Assembly (NCBI GenBank): GCA_964016885.1
Contig: OZ024760.1
Coordinates: 3,038,001 to 3,102,000 of the forward strand
DNA length: 64,000 bases
Source: Eledone cirrhosa
Taxonomy: Eukaryota
Direction of reading: 5' to 3'
Both the position numbers and the translations under genes were made by a program. The notes under the pieces are model-generated. The model was not told the origin of the DNA, did no database searches, and saw only the letters and a list, made by a program, of their open reading frames with translations. Below are positions 51,418 to 64,000 of the stretch, piece after piece; positions within the stretch are counted from its first letter, which is position 1, and the number at the start of each line of letters is the position of its first letter.

Positions 51418-51532
51418 CGAAAGCGAACGGCATTTGGCCAATGAAAGAAATTACTCTAAATTTGATAACATTGTTTTGAGATGAGGGAGAGGGTCTTAAA
51501 AAAAAATAAAGAGATTTACTATTTATTTTCAG

Positions 51533-51689
51533 AGAAAGAATACCTTGATATCTCAACGAAGATCAACTGTGCCAATAGACATATTTCCATATTTAATCCA
51601 AGAACTCTTCCACACCGATTCCACTATACACACAACCAACGTCTTGGAGATCTCGTTCTTGTTGCCGATGATGGTTGGATGGTTGCTAA
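51533..51689 (+). CDS. ENPP: ENPP exon 13 (PDE): KKEYLDISTKINCANRHISIFNPRTLPHRFHYTHNQRLGDLVLVADDGWMVA
   Basis: ttttcAG acceptor, AA|GTAAGT donor; LPxRxHY..NxR.......D.GW motif. Confidence 0.93.
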
Positions 51690-51901
51690 GTAAGTCTGGT
51701 GATTTTTCTTTCATAATTTTGATTTATTTTTTAATTTATTTTTTATTTTATTTATTTGTTTGTTAACCCTTTAGTATTTAAACCAGCCATATCTGACCAG
51801 AATTTTCTTACTTCTTTCTGTTCAAACCGGCTGTAAGTGGCTGCTCATATTGTATGCGATAATTATTTGAGGTAAAGCCTATACCACAAAAATGCAATAG
51901 T

Positions 51902-52192
51902 ATCATCATCATCATCGTTTAACGTCCATGTTCCACGCTTGCATGGGTTTGGACAGGAGTTTTCCCACTTGAGGCAAGAGTGGTTGTCTTGCTCGCATAG
52001 GACTGTCTGGCGGGTTTTCTACAGCTGGATGCCCTTCCTAACACCAACCGCATTTACAGTGTGGGACTGGGAGGTTTTTACCGTGTTGCCTACACGGCCA
52101 CATTACAGCGTGGACTGTGTGTTTTTTTGTCGTGACACCTACACGATCTCATTTGTTTCGGCCTGGATGTTGTGGCACCAACATAACTTTAC
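51902..52192 (-). mobile_element. RTE family A 3' UTR inserted in a piggyBac-type MITE
   Basis: Matches the family A 3' UTR; MITE sequence continues on both sides. Confidence 0.82.
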
Positions 52193-52886
52193 ATATATAT
52201 AGAGTAATGTGTTAAACTGCCCATGTCCAGCCAGAATTCTTTCACCTCTTTCTATTCAAACAGGCTGTAACTGGGCGCTCATACTTATGTTAATGTATTA
52301 TTCTCAACATATATAATATCAAAATCTTGTAGATTCGATATTATGTAAGATAAATCCTTTACCACAAAATTACAATAGTATATATAGAATAATGTAAATG
52401 CTAAAGGGTTAATGGTTTTGTCCTGCCAGCCCAGGTATTGGGTATTTTAGTCCTAACAATGTTTGACCATATCTCACTATCTTACTACAGTGGAATTCCC
52501 AGGTATTCTTCTTCTTCTGCTACTGCTGGTGTTGTTGTTGTTGTTGTTGTTGTTAATGGTGGTGGTGCTTTCTTGGAGATGGTTGCTCATACAGAACTGA
52601 TTTGGGCCTGGTTTCTACAGCTGGATGCCTTTCCTAATGTCAACCACTTTACAGTGTGGACTGGGTGCTTTTTGTTGTGACACCTACACGACCACTTTAC
52701 AGTATGATCTGGATGCTTTTTGTTGTGTTGGCATCATGATATATATATATATTTCTCTACCACGCCTGTGTCTCCCTGACACCATTATATTATACCTCTA
52801 TGTAGGAAGTTGTGGAGGAAGGTAACAGAGGGAATAAATTAATTTACATAGTAACTTTTCTTAATTATCTTTTATTTTTGCAATAG

Positions 52887-52941
52887 GTCATCCGACACTA
52901 AGTGCAGAAAAGTCAATTTTGATCTCGACAACAGTAAACAG
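52887..52941 (+). CDS. ENPP: ENPP exon 14 (PDE): KSSDTKCRKVNFDLDNSKQ
   Basis: aatAG acceptor, CAG|GTAAGG donor; phase 2-0 fits; C-x7-DN spacing matches canonical C.xGxHGxDN but without the His. Confidence 0.8.
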
Positions 52942-54029
52942 GTAAGGATCATGTCGTTGAGGTTACATTAACATTACTTTATCACTCTGTATATAATATG
53001 ATTTGAGTATAAGACCCCAGTTTCTGAAGTTAAAAAAAGAAATAAAGTATATACTCGTGTATAAAATGGTTTGAATATAAAACCCTATTTCTGAAGCAAA
53101 AAAAAAAGAGGAATAAAGAACATCCTTGTGTATAAACATGATATAAGACCTCAGTTTCTGAAGCTAAAAAAAAAAACAAGAATAAACATCCTTGTGTATA
53201 ATCCTTGTGTATAACCAGATTTTAGTATAAGATCCCAGGAATAAATTATATCATTGTGTATAAAATAAAAGCAGTACTCGTGTATAAGTTACCTTTAATT
53301 TTGTTGAAAATTTCTCATACTATACACAAGAACATATAGTTATAAGTGGTTGGTGAAACTTTCGTTTTAGGTAGCTATGATGTAAACAATGTGACTTCTC
53401 CCACTCTCAACAATGGTGGTATGGTCCCTTAACTCCTGATGGAGTCGTAGGGACACCATATTGTCATACAGCGTTTCTTGGGCATTTTAAGCCTGGCGGA
53501 GTCCATCCCTCTCCGGGTCTGAGTAACATCAGATCTCTTCGAGAGAAAGATAGAAAGTGAGAGAGAGGAAAGGGGAAAGAGATATAGAGGAAGAATCGAC
53601 CCCAGTACTAGACTGGTACTTTTTTTATCAACCTCGAAAAGATGAAAGGCAAAGTTGACCTCGGCGGGATTTGAACTCAGAGAGCAGAGAGCTGGAACGA
53701 ACACCATAAAGCATTCTATCTGATATTCTAATGACTCTGCCAATTGATTGCCTTATCAACAGTGGTGACCATGGTGCTATTGTGGAATCAAATCATGACA
53801 TCATACTCAACAGCAAATGTCTGTAAACTCAGTAAAAATTTTGCAAAAATATGTATTTGTGCATAATTTGTGCTAAATTTTGTTCAAAGTTTCTTGCAAT
53901 ATCCACAGTACTGGACTTACCTATATGCTAAATAAACTATAGCTTAGGGCCATACACCCTCGTGAGCCTCGTTTTGAAAAATATATGTTTATTTTTCTAT
54001 GCGGCAAATGGAATAAATGAATTAATTAT

Positions 54030-54252
54030 TTAACCCTTTATCATTTACATGACTCTATATTTACTACTATATTTTCATGGTAAAGTCTTTACCTTACATC
54101 TCACATAATATCTAATCTGTGAGATTTTGATATTATTTATTTTGAGAACAATACCTTAACATCAGTATGAGAAGCCAGTTACAGCCAGTTTAAACAGAAA
54201 AAGGTGAGAGAATTCTGACCAGATATGGCCAGTTTAAATGTTAAAGGGTTAA
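54030..54252. mobile_element. piggyBac-type MITE, complete copy
   Basis: TTAACCCTTTATCATTTA ... TAAATGTTAAAGGGTTAA. Confidence 0.82.
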
Positions 54253-54789
54253 AACGAACATTTTGTAACTAATTTAATTTTGTAATCATTAATTGTTTCT
54301 ACTTTAGGCACAAGGCCAACAATTATCCAGTATATTACTGGTACTTTATTTTATCGACCCCGTAAGGATGAAAGGCAAAGTTACCTTGGCAGGATTTGAA
54401 CTCAGACTGTAAAGGGACGTAACTATGCTAGAAAGCATGGCGTCCAACCCTCTACCGATACTGCCAATTCACCGCCCTTAATCATTAATGTAATCATTAT
54501 TGTAATCATTAATGAATTATAATCATGTATGATTCTTTTTTAATTTTTTACCTGAAATTATTTTAGAGAAGGGCCTCAAATTTCATATAACTTAGGGCCT
54601 CAGTAGGTGAAAATCTGGCGCTGTCTGTACATGAGAAAGTAGGGTTGGTGAACTTTCATTTTAGTTAGATGCAATGTAAACAAAACAGTTTCATCCACTT
54701 TTGACAGTGGAAAGGTGGTGGCATACTGGGGGGGGGGGGGGATCTGCGGCACCATACTTGATTACAAATACGCAAGGTTTGATTCCAAG

Positions 54790-55078
54790 ATTCTTCTTCT
54801 TCTTCTTCTTCTTCTTCTTCTTCTTCTTCTTCTTCTTCTTCTTCTTCTTTGTGAGAGGGTTGTGGAGGAAGAGTCCTCAAACACTCCTTCCAATGGGTCC
54901 TGTCGGAAGCAACTGTCTCCAGTTGATCCGGGTAGATCCCCAAGCGAGTCCAGCCAAGCTCATGGATCTTATCCAACCATCTTGCTCGGAGTCTATCGCG
55001 GGGTTTACTGCCAGTTGGTTTTTTCCCATAAAATCTGTCCAGCGTTTCTTACCTGAGACATTCTAAGAGCTCTGATAC
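54790..55078 (-). mobile_element. LINE (RTE-like) 3' end with (GAA)n tail
   Basis: Remnant ORF ...LGWTRLGIYPDQLETVASDRTHW...LPPQP running straight into (GAA)n. Confidence 0.65.
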
Positions 55079-55114
55079 TATGGTCATGTGGTTCTAAGAT
55101 ACGATAATATAATT

Positions 55115-56155
55115 ACAAGAGATGTAGCGGGATCTCAGGAAGCTTAATTAAGAATGTAGGCTTCACATGCAGCAGCTGTGCTGGGACAGCAAGCAGCAAA
55201 CAGCCACAGGAAACAAGTACCACCAATCTCTGGGAGGGCTCTGTAGAAACAGTAGACAGCTTCTGCTACCTAGGTGGCCGAATTAGCAGCAGAGGTGAGT
55301 GTTCAGAAAGTACAATAACAAGGGTAAGAACGGCATGGAAGAAGTTTAGGGAACTACTACCACTGCTAGCTGCAAAAGGCTTCTCCCTCAAAATGAAAGG
55401 CAGACTGTATGATGCATGTATCCAAACAGCGATGTTGCATGGTAGAGAGACCTGGGCGCTGAAGGTGGAAGACTTACATAGATTAGAGAGAAACGAAGCC
55501 TGCATGCTCCGATGGATGTGTAACAGTAATATACGCGAACGACAAAGCATAAATGAATTGAGAGAGAGACTGAGCATAAGAGGAATCAAATGCTGTGTGC
55601 AAGAGAGGCAGTTGCGCTGGTATGGACATGTGATGCGTATGAAGGATGACAGCTGCATAAAAAGGTGCAGAGCACTAGAAGTCAATGGAAACCGCGGAGT
55701 GGGGAGACCCAAGATGACCTGGGATGAGGTGATAAAAGCCAACCTTACCCAATTACACCTCTCAAAGGCGATGACACACGACCGTGACCTCTGGCGTCAC
55801 GCAGTAATACAGAGTACCCGACCTCCCATGGGTACAAGCTGAAGCATATAGACAATATGTCCCCACACCCCCCACTGCAAGGTGGTCGTGGAGGTGCCAC
55901 GGCAAAAAAGCACCCAGCCCACACTGTAAAGTGGACGTGTAGGCGCCACGAAAAAGCACCCAGCAGTCACTGTAAATGAGGTTGGTGTTAGGAAGGGCAT
56001 CCAGCTGTAGAAATCAAGCCAAATCAGTTCCTGTATGAGCAAGGCATGGTCAGCCGACCAGACACTGCCCACAACAGGACAACCCGTCTAACCCATGCTA
56101 GCGTGGAAGAACGGACGTAAAACGGTGATGATGATGATGATGATGATGATGATGA
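55115..56155 (+). mobile_element. RTE LINE family B, 5'-truncated
   Basis: Same family as 41203-42170; starts within the PHD finger (KRCSGISG...FTCSSC); (GAT)n tail. Confidence 0.88.
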
Positions 56156-56269
56156 CTGATTCCAATGCTGACAAAATAAAAGAAAATTCTAATGTTAAGG
56201 AATGGAGATAATTCTTTTGTTTAAAATGTGACTGTCTGGAGAGGCCGGTGAAGAATGGAGCATTGGTCA

Positions 56270-56930
56270 TGGTTGGTGGTGGTGGTGGTGGTTGGTGGTG
56301 GTGGTTGTGGTGCTGGTGGTGCTGGTGTCTGTGGTTGTAGAGGTGGTAGTATAGTGGTAGTGATGATGTTGTTTGTGGTGCTACTGCTGGTGGTCAGTGA
56401 AGTGGTGGTGGGGTGGGGTTGTTTGTGGTGGTGATGGTGGTGGTTGTGGCGGTGATGGTGGTGGTGCTGGTGTCTGTGGTTGTAGAGGTGGTAGTATAGT
56501 GGTTAGTGATGGTGGGATGGGGCTGTTTGTGGTGCTACTGCTGGTGGTCAGTGAAGTGGTGGTGGGTGGGGTTGTTTGTGGTGGTGATGGTGGTGGTTGT
56601 GGTGGTGATGGTGGTGGTGCTGGTGTCTGTGGTTGTAGAGGTGGTAGTATAGTGGTTAGTGATGGTGGGATGGGGCTGTTTGTGGTGCTACTGCTGGTGG
56701 TCAGTGAAGTGGTGGTGGGGTGGGGTGGGGTTGTTTGTGGTGGTGATGGTGATGACAGTGGTCTTGGTGATGATGGTGGTGGCAGGCAGCAGTAAGACAG
56801 TGGTAGTGATGCTATGGTGGTGTTGGTGGTGTTACTGTTGATGGTTGGCATAGTTGTTGTTGGTGGTGGTGGTGGTGGTGGTGGTGGTGGTGGTGGTGGT
56901 GGAAGGTGGGGAGGAGGAGGAGGAGGAGAA
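56270..56930. repeat. (GGT)n-rich region with ~153-bp higher-order repeats
   Basis: ggtgctggtgtctgtggttgtagaggtggtagtatagtgg...gtcagtgaagtggtgg occurs three times. Confidence 0.85.
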
Positions 56931-59213
56931 AACTGTTAATTTCCTCTCCGGAAATTAACAAAGAAGAATCAAGTGTAAAAGCTGGAAACTGAACAAACAC
57001 TGGAGTTTATTGGGTTCTATAGAGATGGTATGTAATGGTGGGGGAGAGGAGGGGTTGAAAAGAATGGAAATGGTGTTGATGGCTAGTGGTTGTCGTGATG
57101 ATGATGCTGATGGTGTGGAACTGGGTGGCGAGTGTTATGAAAAGAAGGGAAATAGTGTCGGTGATGGTGTCCGTGCTGGTAGTGTTGGTGTCCATGGTGG
57201 TGGTGATGCTGCTGCTGCTGAGGAGGAGGGTGGTGGTGGTGGTGGTATTTTTGAAAAAAAAAAACTAACCCACTGCACATACCCAAGGCACATAGAGCCG
57301 TGCTCACTTGTGCAATAAGAACACACAATAAGTCTGTTATTGAAAAATAAGCAGGAAATAATGAAAATATATTTTGTTTTGTTTTTTTTTCTGTTATTTT
57401 CTCTTCTGTTTTTGTTTTTTTATTCCTTTTATCCATGAATTTTCTGTTGTTTTTATTGCTTTTTTTTTATTTTTTTTTTGTCTGTTTTTCATTAAATTTC
57501 ATAACAATCCTATTTGTCACGATTTACCAAAGAGTTGATGATTTAATACCTCAAAGTCATTATCTAATTACAAATATAGCTTCCTATATCCTTAATGGTT
57601 TAGCATTTAGTTTTTAATTAACGGTCATCATGAAGACAGTGAATTGGCAGAGTCGTTATGCTTTACGGTATTCGTCCCACCTCATTGTGTGCTCAGAGTT
57701 CAAATCCCACCAAGGTCAACTTTGCCTTCCATCCTTTCGAGGTCGATAAAAAAAAGTACCAGTCTAGTACTGGGGCCAATTCTTCCTCTATAGTAAAAAT
57801 CAGCTGTGTTCAGACCTGGAGAGGGTTGGGCGTCTCCAGGTTTAAAAGTGCCCTAGACACACCGTATGACGGTGCCTCTACAACTCCACAAGGAGTTATG
57901 GGATCTTTATCCTTATCCATCGTGAATCATATACAGCGGAACCTTGGTTCATCAACTTAATTTGTTCCTGAATGTCGTTTGTCACCCGAAATGTTGAAAT
58001 ATTTCACCATATGAAATATTGAGAAAGAAAAATAAAACAGTGAGAGAGAGAGAAAGTGTGTGAAAGACAGATAGATATCATCATCATCATCATCATTTTA
58101 CGTCCACTTTCTCTGCTAGCAAGGGTGGGACGGGAACTAATTCTGGCATGATTTCTACAGCTGGATGCCCTTCCTAACACCAACCTCATTTACAGTGAGT
58201 GATGGGTGCTTTTTTGCCGTGGCACCTCCACAACCACTTTGCAGTGGAATGATAGGGACCCCAGTCCCTATCATCTCATTTCTACAGCTGAGTAAACTGG
58301 AACAATGTGAAATAAAGTGTCTTGCTCAAGGAAACAACACATCACCCGGTCTGAGAATTGAACTCACAACCTTTCGATTGCAAGGCCAATGCTCTAACCA
58401 CTAAGCCATCTGCCTCCATCATAGTAACTAAGTACACAGCAAGATACTCCCAGCTTGTCACCAACCATTGTTGCCGGTTTGTGTGTTTGTTACTCAAGAC
58501 ACTGTTCGTCAACCAAGACGTTTTATGTTTGGAAAATTGTTCATGAACCAATTTGTTGGTGATGGGAGGGGTTCGTGAACTGAGGTTCCACTGTATTGCG
58601 GTTCTAATTATTTACTAATTAATTGTTTCTTCTTTAGGCACAAGGCCAGCAATTTCCCCCAGTGCATTGCTGGTACTTTATATTAACAATCCTGTAAGGA
58701 TGAAAGCAAAGCTAACCTCGGCAGGATTTGAGCCTAGACCGTAAAGGGCCGTAACTCTGTGCCACAAAGCATGTTGTCTGATACTCTACCAATACTGTCA
58801 ATCCACCGCCCTTTTGTTGTTGAATAATGGTTTGGGATTTAGGCACAAGGCCAGCAATTTTTGGGGGGTGAGAGTGGAAAGTCGATTTAATTAACCCCAG
58901 TGCATTACTGGTGCTTTATTTTATCAACCCCGTAAGGATGAAAGGCAACGCTAACCCCAGCAGGATTTGAACTCAGAACGTAAAGGGCCATAACTCTATG
59001 TCGCCAAGCATGGTGTCCGGGGCTCTACTGACTCTGCCAATCCACCGCTTAATTATTTACTAATTAGTGATTTATAGCTGGTAATTATCAGTAATTTATT
59101 ATTATAAATGAGCTTCCTCCCGCCTGTCTTTGAGACACTACAAACAATTAATTCTTCATCACAGTACAACACATGGTCCCTAGTGGGAAACTTTCATTGT
59201 TGTATTTTTCTTG

Positions 59214-59246
<33 letters not shown>

Positions 59247-59582
59247 TTTATGTCCACTTTTCCCTGCCAGCATCTCTCCACTTGTCTCGGTCCTTCGTCA
59301 TCTCCTCCGTGAACATCAGCAATCTGAGATCAGCTCTAACACCTCCACCCATGTTTTTGTTTATATATTGTTTAATCGATTTTTGTATACCCCCACCCCC
59401 ACCCCACTGTCCCTGTCCCTGTCTATTGGATTGTCCCCTATATGTGTTCCCCTAGTTGCCAATAAAGAAATTATTATTATTATTATTATTATTAACTTTG
59501 CCTTTCATCCTCACGGGGTCGATGAAATAAAGTACCAGTAATGCACTGGGTAATTGCTGGCCTTGTGCCAAAAGTAGGAACA

Positions 59583-59630
<48 letters not shown>

Positions 59631-59631
<1 letters not shown>

Positions 59632-59718
59632 TCTTTTTCCTTGCATCTGGGCCAGACTTTGTGAACAGCACTATCCCCGAATCCTTCGATAATATTGAAT
59701 TATACAATATGATGGCAG
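59631..59718 (+). CDS. ENPP: ENPP exon 15 (PDE): VFFLASGPDFVNSTIPESFDNIELYNMMA
   Basis: ttcAG acceptor, G|GTAAGT donor; F.A.GP.F......F.NIELYN motif. Confidence 0.95.
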
Positions 59719-59784
59719 GTAAGTAACTTCACTTGCTTTTAATTCATTGAGAGACGACTTCTTCACCATGTATACAATGTATAG

Positions 59785-59815
<31 letters not shown>

Positions 59816-60080
59816 ACAGTTTGATGTCACATCATCATCAATTTACTAAACACTCTCTTTCTTCCTTCCCATATTTTATTTTTCCATTTCTACCTCATAT
59901 TATATTCATCTATCTTTCTATTTCTTCTTTTACTTTTGATGAAGGACTAACATCCGAGTGGTTAAAATTCTTTTCCTTCTATATCAAACATTGAACTAAT
60001 ATATATATCTTCATTGGACTGTATCATTCTGCTATGTTGCATTTCCATCTGGATTTTTCACACACACACATATATATAAC

Positions 60081-60337
60081 TGGAAAACTGGGAGAGGGCA
60101 CTTGCCCTGGTGGTCAGGGTCACCGTGGCTTTTTTAATGGGCTTTCTCCACGATGGTCCTCGGAAGTCTCCTCCCTATTGGGGAATTTTTCATTGTTCTT
60201 TTTTTGTTACATCCTCTGTTTTGGGGTTTTTTTTACATGCAGAAATGTCCATTTGTACCATCCTGTATTGTCCTGTACTGTCCTTAATGTCTACTTTGTG
60301 TAAACCCTTGTGGTTAATAAAGAAAGCATTATTATTA
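60081..60337 (+). mobile_element. LINE 3' UTR (Tx1-like) ending AATAAA...(TTA)n
   Basis: Shares 'tgccct....caccgtgg...tgggctttctcca' with 17140-17200; abuts the RTE-A copy, so ORF 60110-61129 is chimeric. Confidence 0.5.
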
Positions 60338-61510
60338 TGGCCATGCTCAGTGTGTAGGAAAGGCGTAGGTAGAAATTCCATTTTATGTCCCAAATGCAAA
60401 GTATGGGTGCATAAAAGATGTAGTGGGATCACAGGTAAGCTAACTAAGAACTTAGATTTTACATGTGGGCGGTGCTCTGGTGCACTAAGTAGCAGCAAGT
60501 GCCCACAAAATACTAACTCTTTCAATTGCGCAGAGGGCTCTATAGAAATAGTGGACAGCTTCCGTTACCTGGGTGACAAAATCAGCAGTGGGGGAGGGTG
60601 CTCCGAAAGTACAGTAGCTAGAGTCAGAACTGGATGGAAAAAGTTCAGAGAGCTTATACCACTATTAGCCGCTAAAGGGTTCTCCCTAAAAATGAAAGGC
60701 AGGTTGTATGATGCCTGCATACGAACAGCAATGTTGCATGGCAGTGAGACCTGGGCATTTTGCACAGAGGATATACGCAGACTAGAGAGGAACGAAGCTT
60801 GCATGCTCCGCTGGATGTGTAATAGTAATATACGTGAACGGCAAAGCATAAACGAACTAAGGAAAAAATTAGAAATAAGAGGGATCAGATGTTGTTTACT
60901 CGAGAGAAGGCTACGTTGGTACGGACACGTGATGCGCATGAAAGTCGATAGCTGTATAACAAAGTGCAGGGCAATAAAGATAGACGGTAGCCACGGAATA
61001 GGCAGACCTAGAAAATCCTGGGACGAGCTGATAAACTCCGACCTCACACACTTACACCTCTCCAAGACAATGTCACTGGACCGAGACCTTTGGCGGTACT
61101 CAGTAATAGAGAAGACCCGCCTTACCTAAATACATAGTAAAACCTACTACAGCCAGTAGGCATCTCTAACAAAATACACCCCCGTCCCATCACCCACACC
61201 CCCATCCACACCACCCCCTCCTATGTAAAGTTATGTTGGTGCCACAACATCCAGGCCGAAACAAATGAGATCGTGTAGGTGTCACGACAAAAAACACACA
61301 GTCCACGCTGTAATGTGGCCGTGTAGGCAACACGGTAAAAACCTCCCAGACCCACACTGTAAATGTGGTTAGTGTTAGGAAGGGCATCCAACTGTAGAAA
61401 ACCTACCAGACAGTCCTATGCGAGCAAGACAATCACTCTTGCCTCAAGTGGGAATACCCCCGTCCAAACCCATGCAAGCGTGGAACACGGACGTTAAACG
61501 TTGATGATGA
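60338..61510 (+). mobile_element. RTE LINE family A, 5'-truncated at the PHD finger
   Basis: Near-identical to 39490-40670; in-frame RT C-terminus, 3' UTR and (GAT)n tail. Confidence 0.9.
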
Positions 61511-61531
61511 TTTATGCATTTCTCTTACCAG

Positions 61532-61680
61532 AACTGTTGAAAATTAAACCGTCACCAAATAATGGCACGGAGGGAGCACTAAATACCAAACTACTGCAGA
61601 ATGTGTCATCTGTTCAGGAACGAAGCAACTACACACTGTGTCAGTGGGTAAACGTGTCTGAAACAAATGGTTGTCCTCGG
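61532..61680 (+). CDS. ENPP: ENPP exon 16 (end of PDE, linker): ELLKIKPSPNNGTEGALNTKLLQNVSSVQERSNYTLCQWVNVSETNGCPR
   Basis: ttaccAG acceptor, CGG|GTAAGT donor; LLxIxPxPNNGTxGxLN motif. Confidence 0.93.
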
Positions 61681-62635
61681 GTAAGTATTGCCAGGTGGAA
61701 CAGTAGAAATCTGAGCAAACTAGAGATGGTCTCTGCATCACCATCAACAGCATCATCATCAACAGCATCATCATCAACAGCATCATCATCATCAACTTCT
61801 GCATCAGCACTATCATCATTATCATAATCATAATCAACATCTGAGTTCAAATCCCGCCGAGGTTGACTTTGCCTTTCATCCTTTACGGGGTCGATAAAAT
61901 AAAGTACCAGTAATGCACTGGGTAATTGCTGGCCTTGTGCCTAAAGTAGAAACAATTATCATCATCATCATCATCAGCAGCAGCAGCAGCATCACTATCA
62001 TCATCATCATCAACATCATCACCATCATCATCATTTCATCTTCATCGACATCAGCAACATCAACATCTTCATTTTATCTCAGCTTTCCATGCCGTCATGG
62101 GCTGGACAGGTCTTCACAGGTCAGAGTGACCAAATATCAAGCTATAGCCATAGCTTCTAAAAATAATGGAAAAAGTTGACTGGGTTCATTGGTGTAATGG
62201 TAACATACTTATCCAGCAAACGAGAGGTGTGAGTTCAATACCATGTGTGCTGATACCCATCTTTTTCCATTCAATGGGTTTATACACCCCCCATTGAGGT
62301 TAACTTTGCCTTTCATCCTTACGGGGTCAATACAATAAACTACTAGTAATGTACTGAGCAATTGCTGGCCTTGTGCCAAAAGTAGAAACAGTTATTAGAC
62401 TATGATATTTAGTTAATGTTACAGTGAAGCTTCTGTTTCTATTTTGATTCAAGAATTTTCTTTTTTCATTTGTTAAACTTTATTCATAGTTTTTATAACA
62501 AAATGGTGTCAAGCTTTTGAGAAAATTCTACACAGCTTCTAAATTTTATTAAGGCATAACTGTCAACATAATATTACAAATAGAAAGAGAAAAAAAAAGA
62601 AAGAAAAGCAAAAGGGAAAAGAAAAGAGAAAAAAA

Positions 62636-63772
62636 TGCACAAGCAGGTAATACATACATCTAGGACGACATACAACATACAAGCAGGTAATACTCACATC
62701 TAGAATCACATACAACATACAAGCAGGTAATACATACATCTAGGACCACATACAACATACAACATACAAGCAGGTAATACATACATCTAGAACCACATAC
62801 AACATACAAGCAGCTAATACATACATCTAGAACCACATACAACATACAAGCAGGTAATACATACATCTAGGACCACATACAACATACAAGCAGGTAATAC
62901 TCACATCTAGGATAACATACAACACACAAGCAGGTAATACATACATCTAGAACCACATACAACATACAAGCAGGTAATACTCACATCTAGGACCACATAC
63001 AACACACAAGCAGGTAATACATACATCTAGGACCACATACAACACACAAGCAGGTAATACATATATCTAGGACCACATACAACACACAAGCAGGTAATAC
63101 ATACATCTAGAACCACATACAACATACAAGCAGGTAATACTCACATCTAGGACCACATACAACACACAAGCAGGTAATACATACATCTAGGACCACATAC
63201 AACACACAAGCAGGTAATACATACATCTAGAACCACATACAACATACAAGCAGGTAATACTCACATCTAGGACCACATACAACACACAAGCAGGTAATAC
63301 ATACATCTAGGACCACATACAACACACAAGCAGGTAATATACACATCTAGGACCACATACAACACACCAGCAGGTAATACATACATCTAGGACCACATAC
63401 AACACACAAGCAGGTAATACATACATCTAGAACCACATACAACATACAAGCAGGTAATACTCACATCTAGGACCACATACAACACACAAGCAGGTAATAC
63501 ATACATCTAGGACCACATACAACACACAAGCAGGTAATATACACATCTAGGACCACATACAACACACCAGCAGGTAATACATACATCTAGGACCACATAC
63601 AACACACAAGCAGGTAATACATACATCTAGGACCACATACAACACACAAGCAGGTAATACATACATCTAGAACCACATACAACACACAAGCAGGTAATAT
63701 ACACATCTAGAACCACATACAATACACAAGCAAGTAATACATACATCTAGGACCACATACAACAAAAGCAGG
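62636..63772. repeat. 40-bp minisatellite, ~28 copies
   Basis: Unit CAAGCAGGTAATACATACATCTAGGACCACATACAACAYA. Confidence 0.95.
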
Positions 63773-63963
63773 TGAAAAAGGTGGACAAATGAACTGCTGC
63801 CAAAACAAAAGATAATAATATCGCAAGGAACGCTGGGAAACCTCTCTAATAATTTTTTATGCAAGCCAGCATGCTCACAGAATTACCTTGAGTGATGGCG
63901 AGGCTGATGCACTGGAACAGCCAAGTTTTGTATTTATTTTATTTTATATTTTATATTTTGCAG

Positions 63964-64000
63964 TTACTCTCAAACTATTCCCAGGTTTATGTTGATTCTT
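63964..64000 (+). CDS. ENPP: Probable ENPP exon 17 (runs off window): LLSNYSQVYVDS...
   Basis: Long T-rich tract ending ttttgcAG at 63963; open in phase 0 as exon 16 requires; too short for motif confirmation. Confidence 0.5.

Noticed and set aside
50167-51479. Tyr/Ile/His-rich ORFs of 425, 313 and 214 aa
   Set aside because: AT-rich satellite translations inside intron 12.
60110-61129. 339-aa ORF as a PHD-finger host gene
   Set aside because: Chance in-frame fusion of a LINE 3' UTR with a truncated RTE-A copy.
62181-62255. tRNA-like sequence (TGGTGTAATGG...GAGTTCAATACC)
   Set aside because: A and B boxes are present but I could not close a cloverleaf; probably a decayed SINE head.
62636-63772. 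40-bp repeat array as possible CRISPR or coding repeat
   Set aside because: Head-to-tail units without spacers; length not a multiple of 3; ordinary minisatellite.

Overview
Eukaryotic, AT-rich, microsatellite-dense genomic DNA; the repeat landscape suggests a mollusc, probably an octopus-like cephalopod (inference, no database search done). The whole window lies inside one large + strand intron-rich gene of the ENPP (ectonucleotide pyrophosphatase/phosphodiesterase, ENPP1/2/3 or venom-PDE type) family. I traced 17 GT-AG exons whose phases join into one uninterrupted frame (about 606 codons from exons 1-16, open at both window ends). The architecture is unusual: a C-terminal nuclease-like (NUC) domain has no stop and runs directly into another phosphodiesterase (PDE) domain, and that PDE has altered catalytic residues (Zn-ligand Asp->His, nucleophile Thr->Ser, Asn->Glu, last Zn-ligand His->Phe). 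This points to a tandem ENPP protein with a pseudo-enzyme or re-tuned module. The introns hold two near-identical, full-length, intact R4/Dong-like retrotransposons in (TAA)n, a Penelope-like element (RT + GIY-YIG), several type-I hammerhead ribozymes with compensatory stem changes in Penelope-type palindromes, an RTE/BovB-like RT with three C2H2 fingers, RTE LINEs with a PHD finger inside the RT, piggyBac remnants and MITEs, two tRNA-derived SINE families and several minisatellites. Most ORFs in the supplied track are microsatellite or antisense artefacts.
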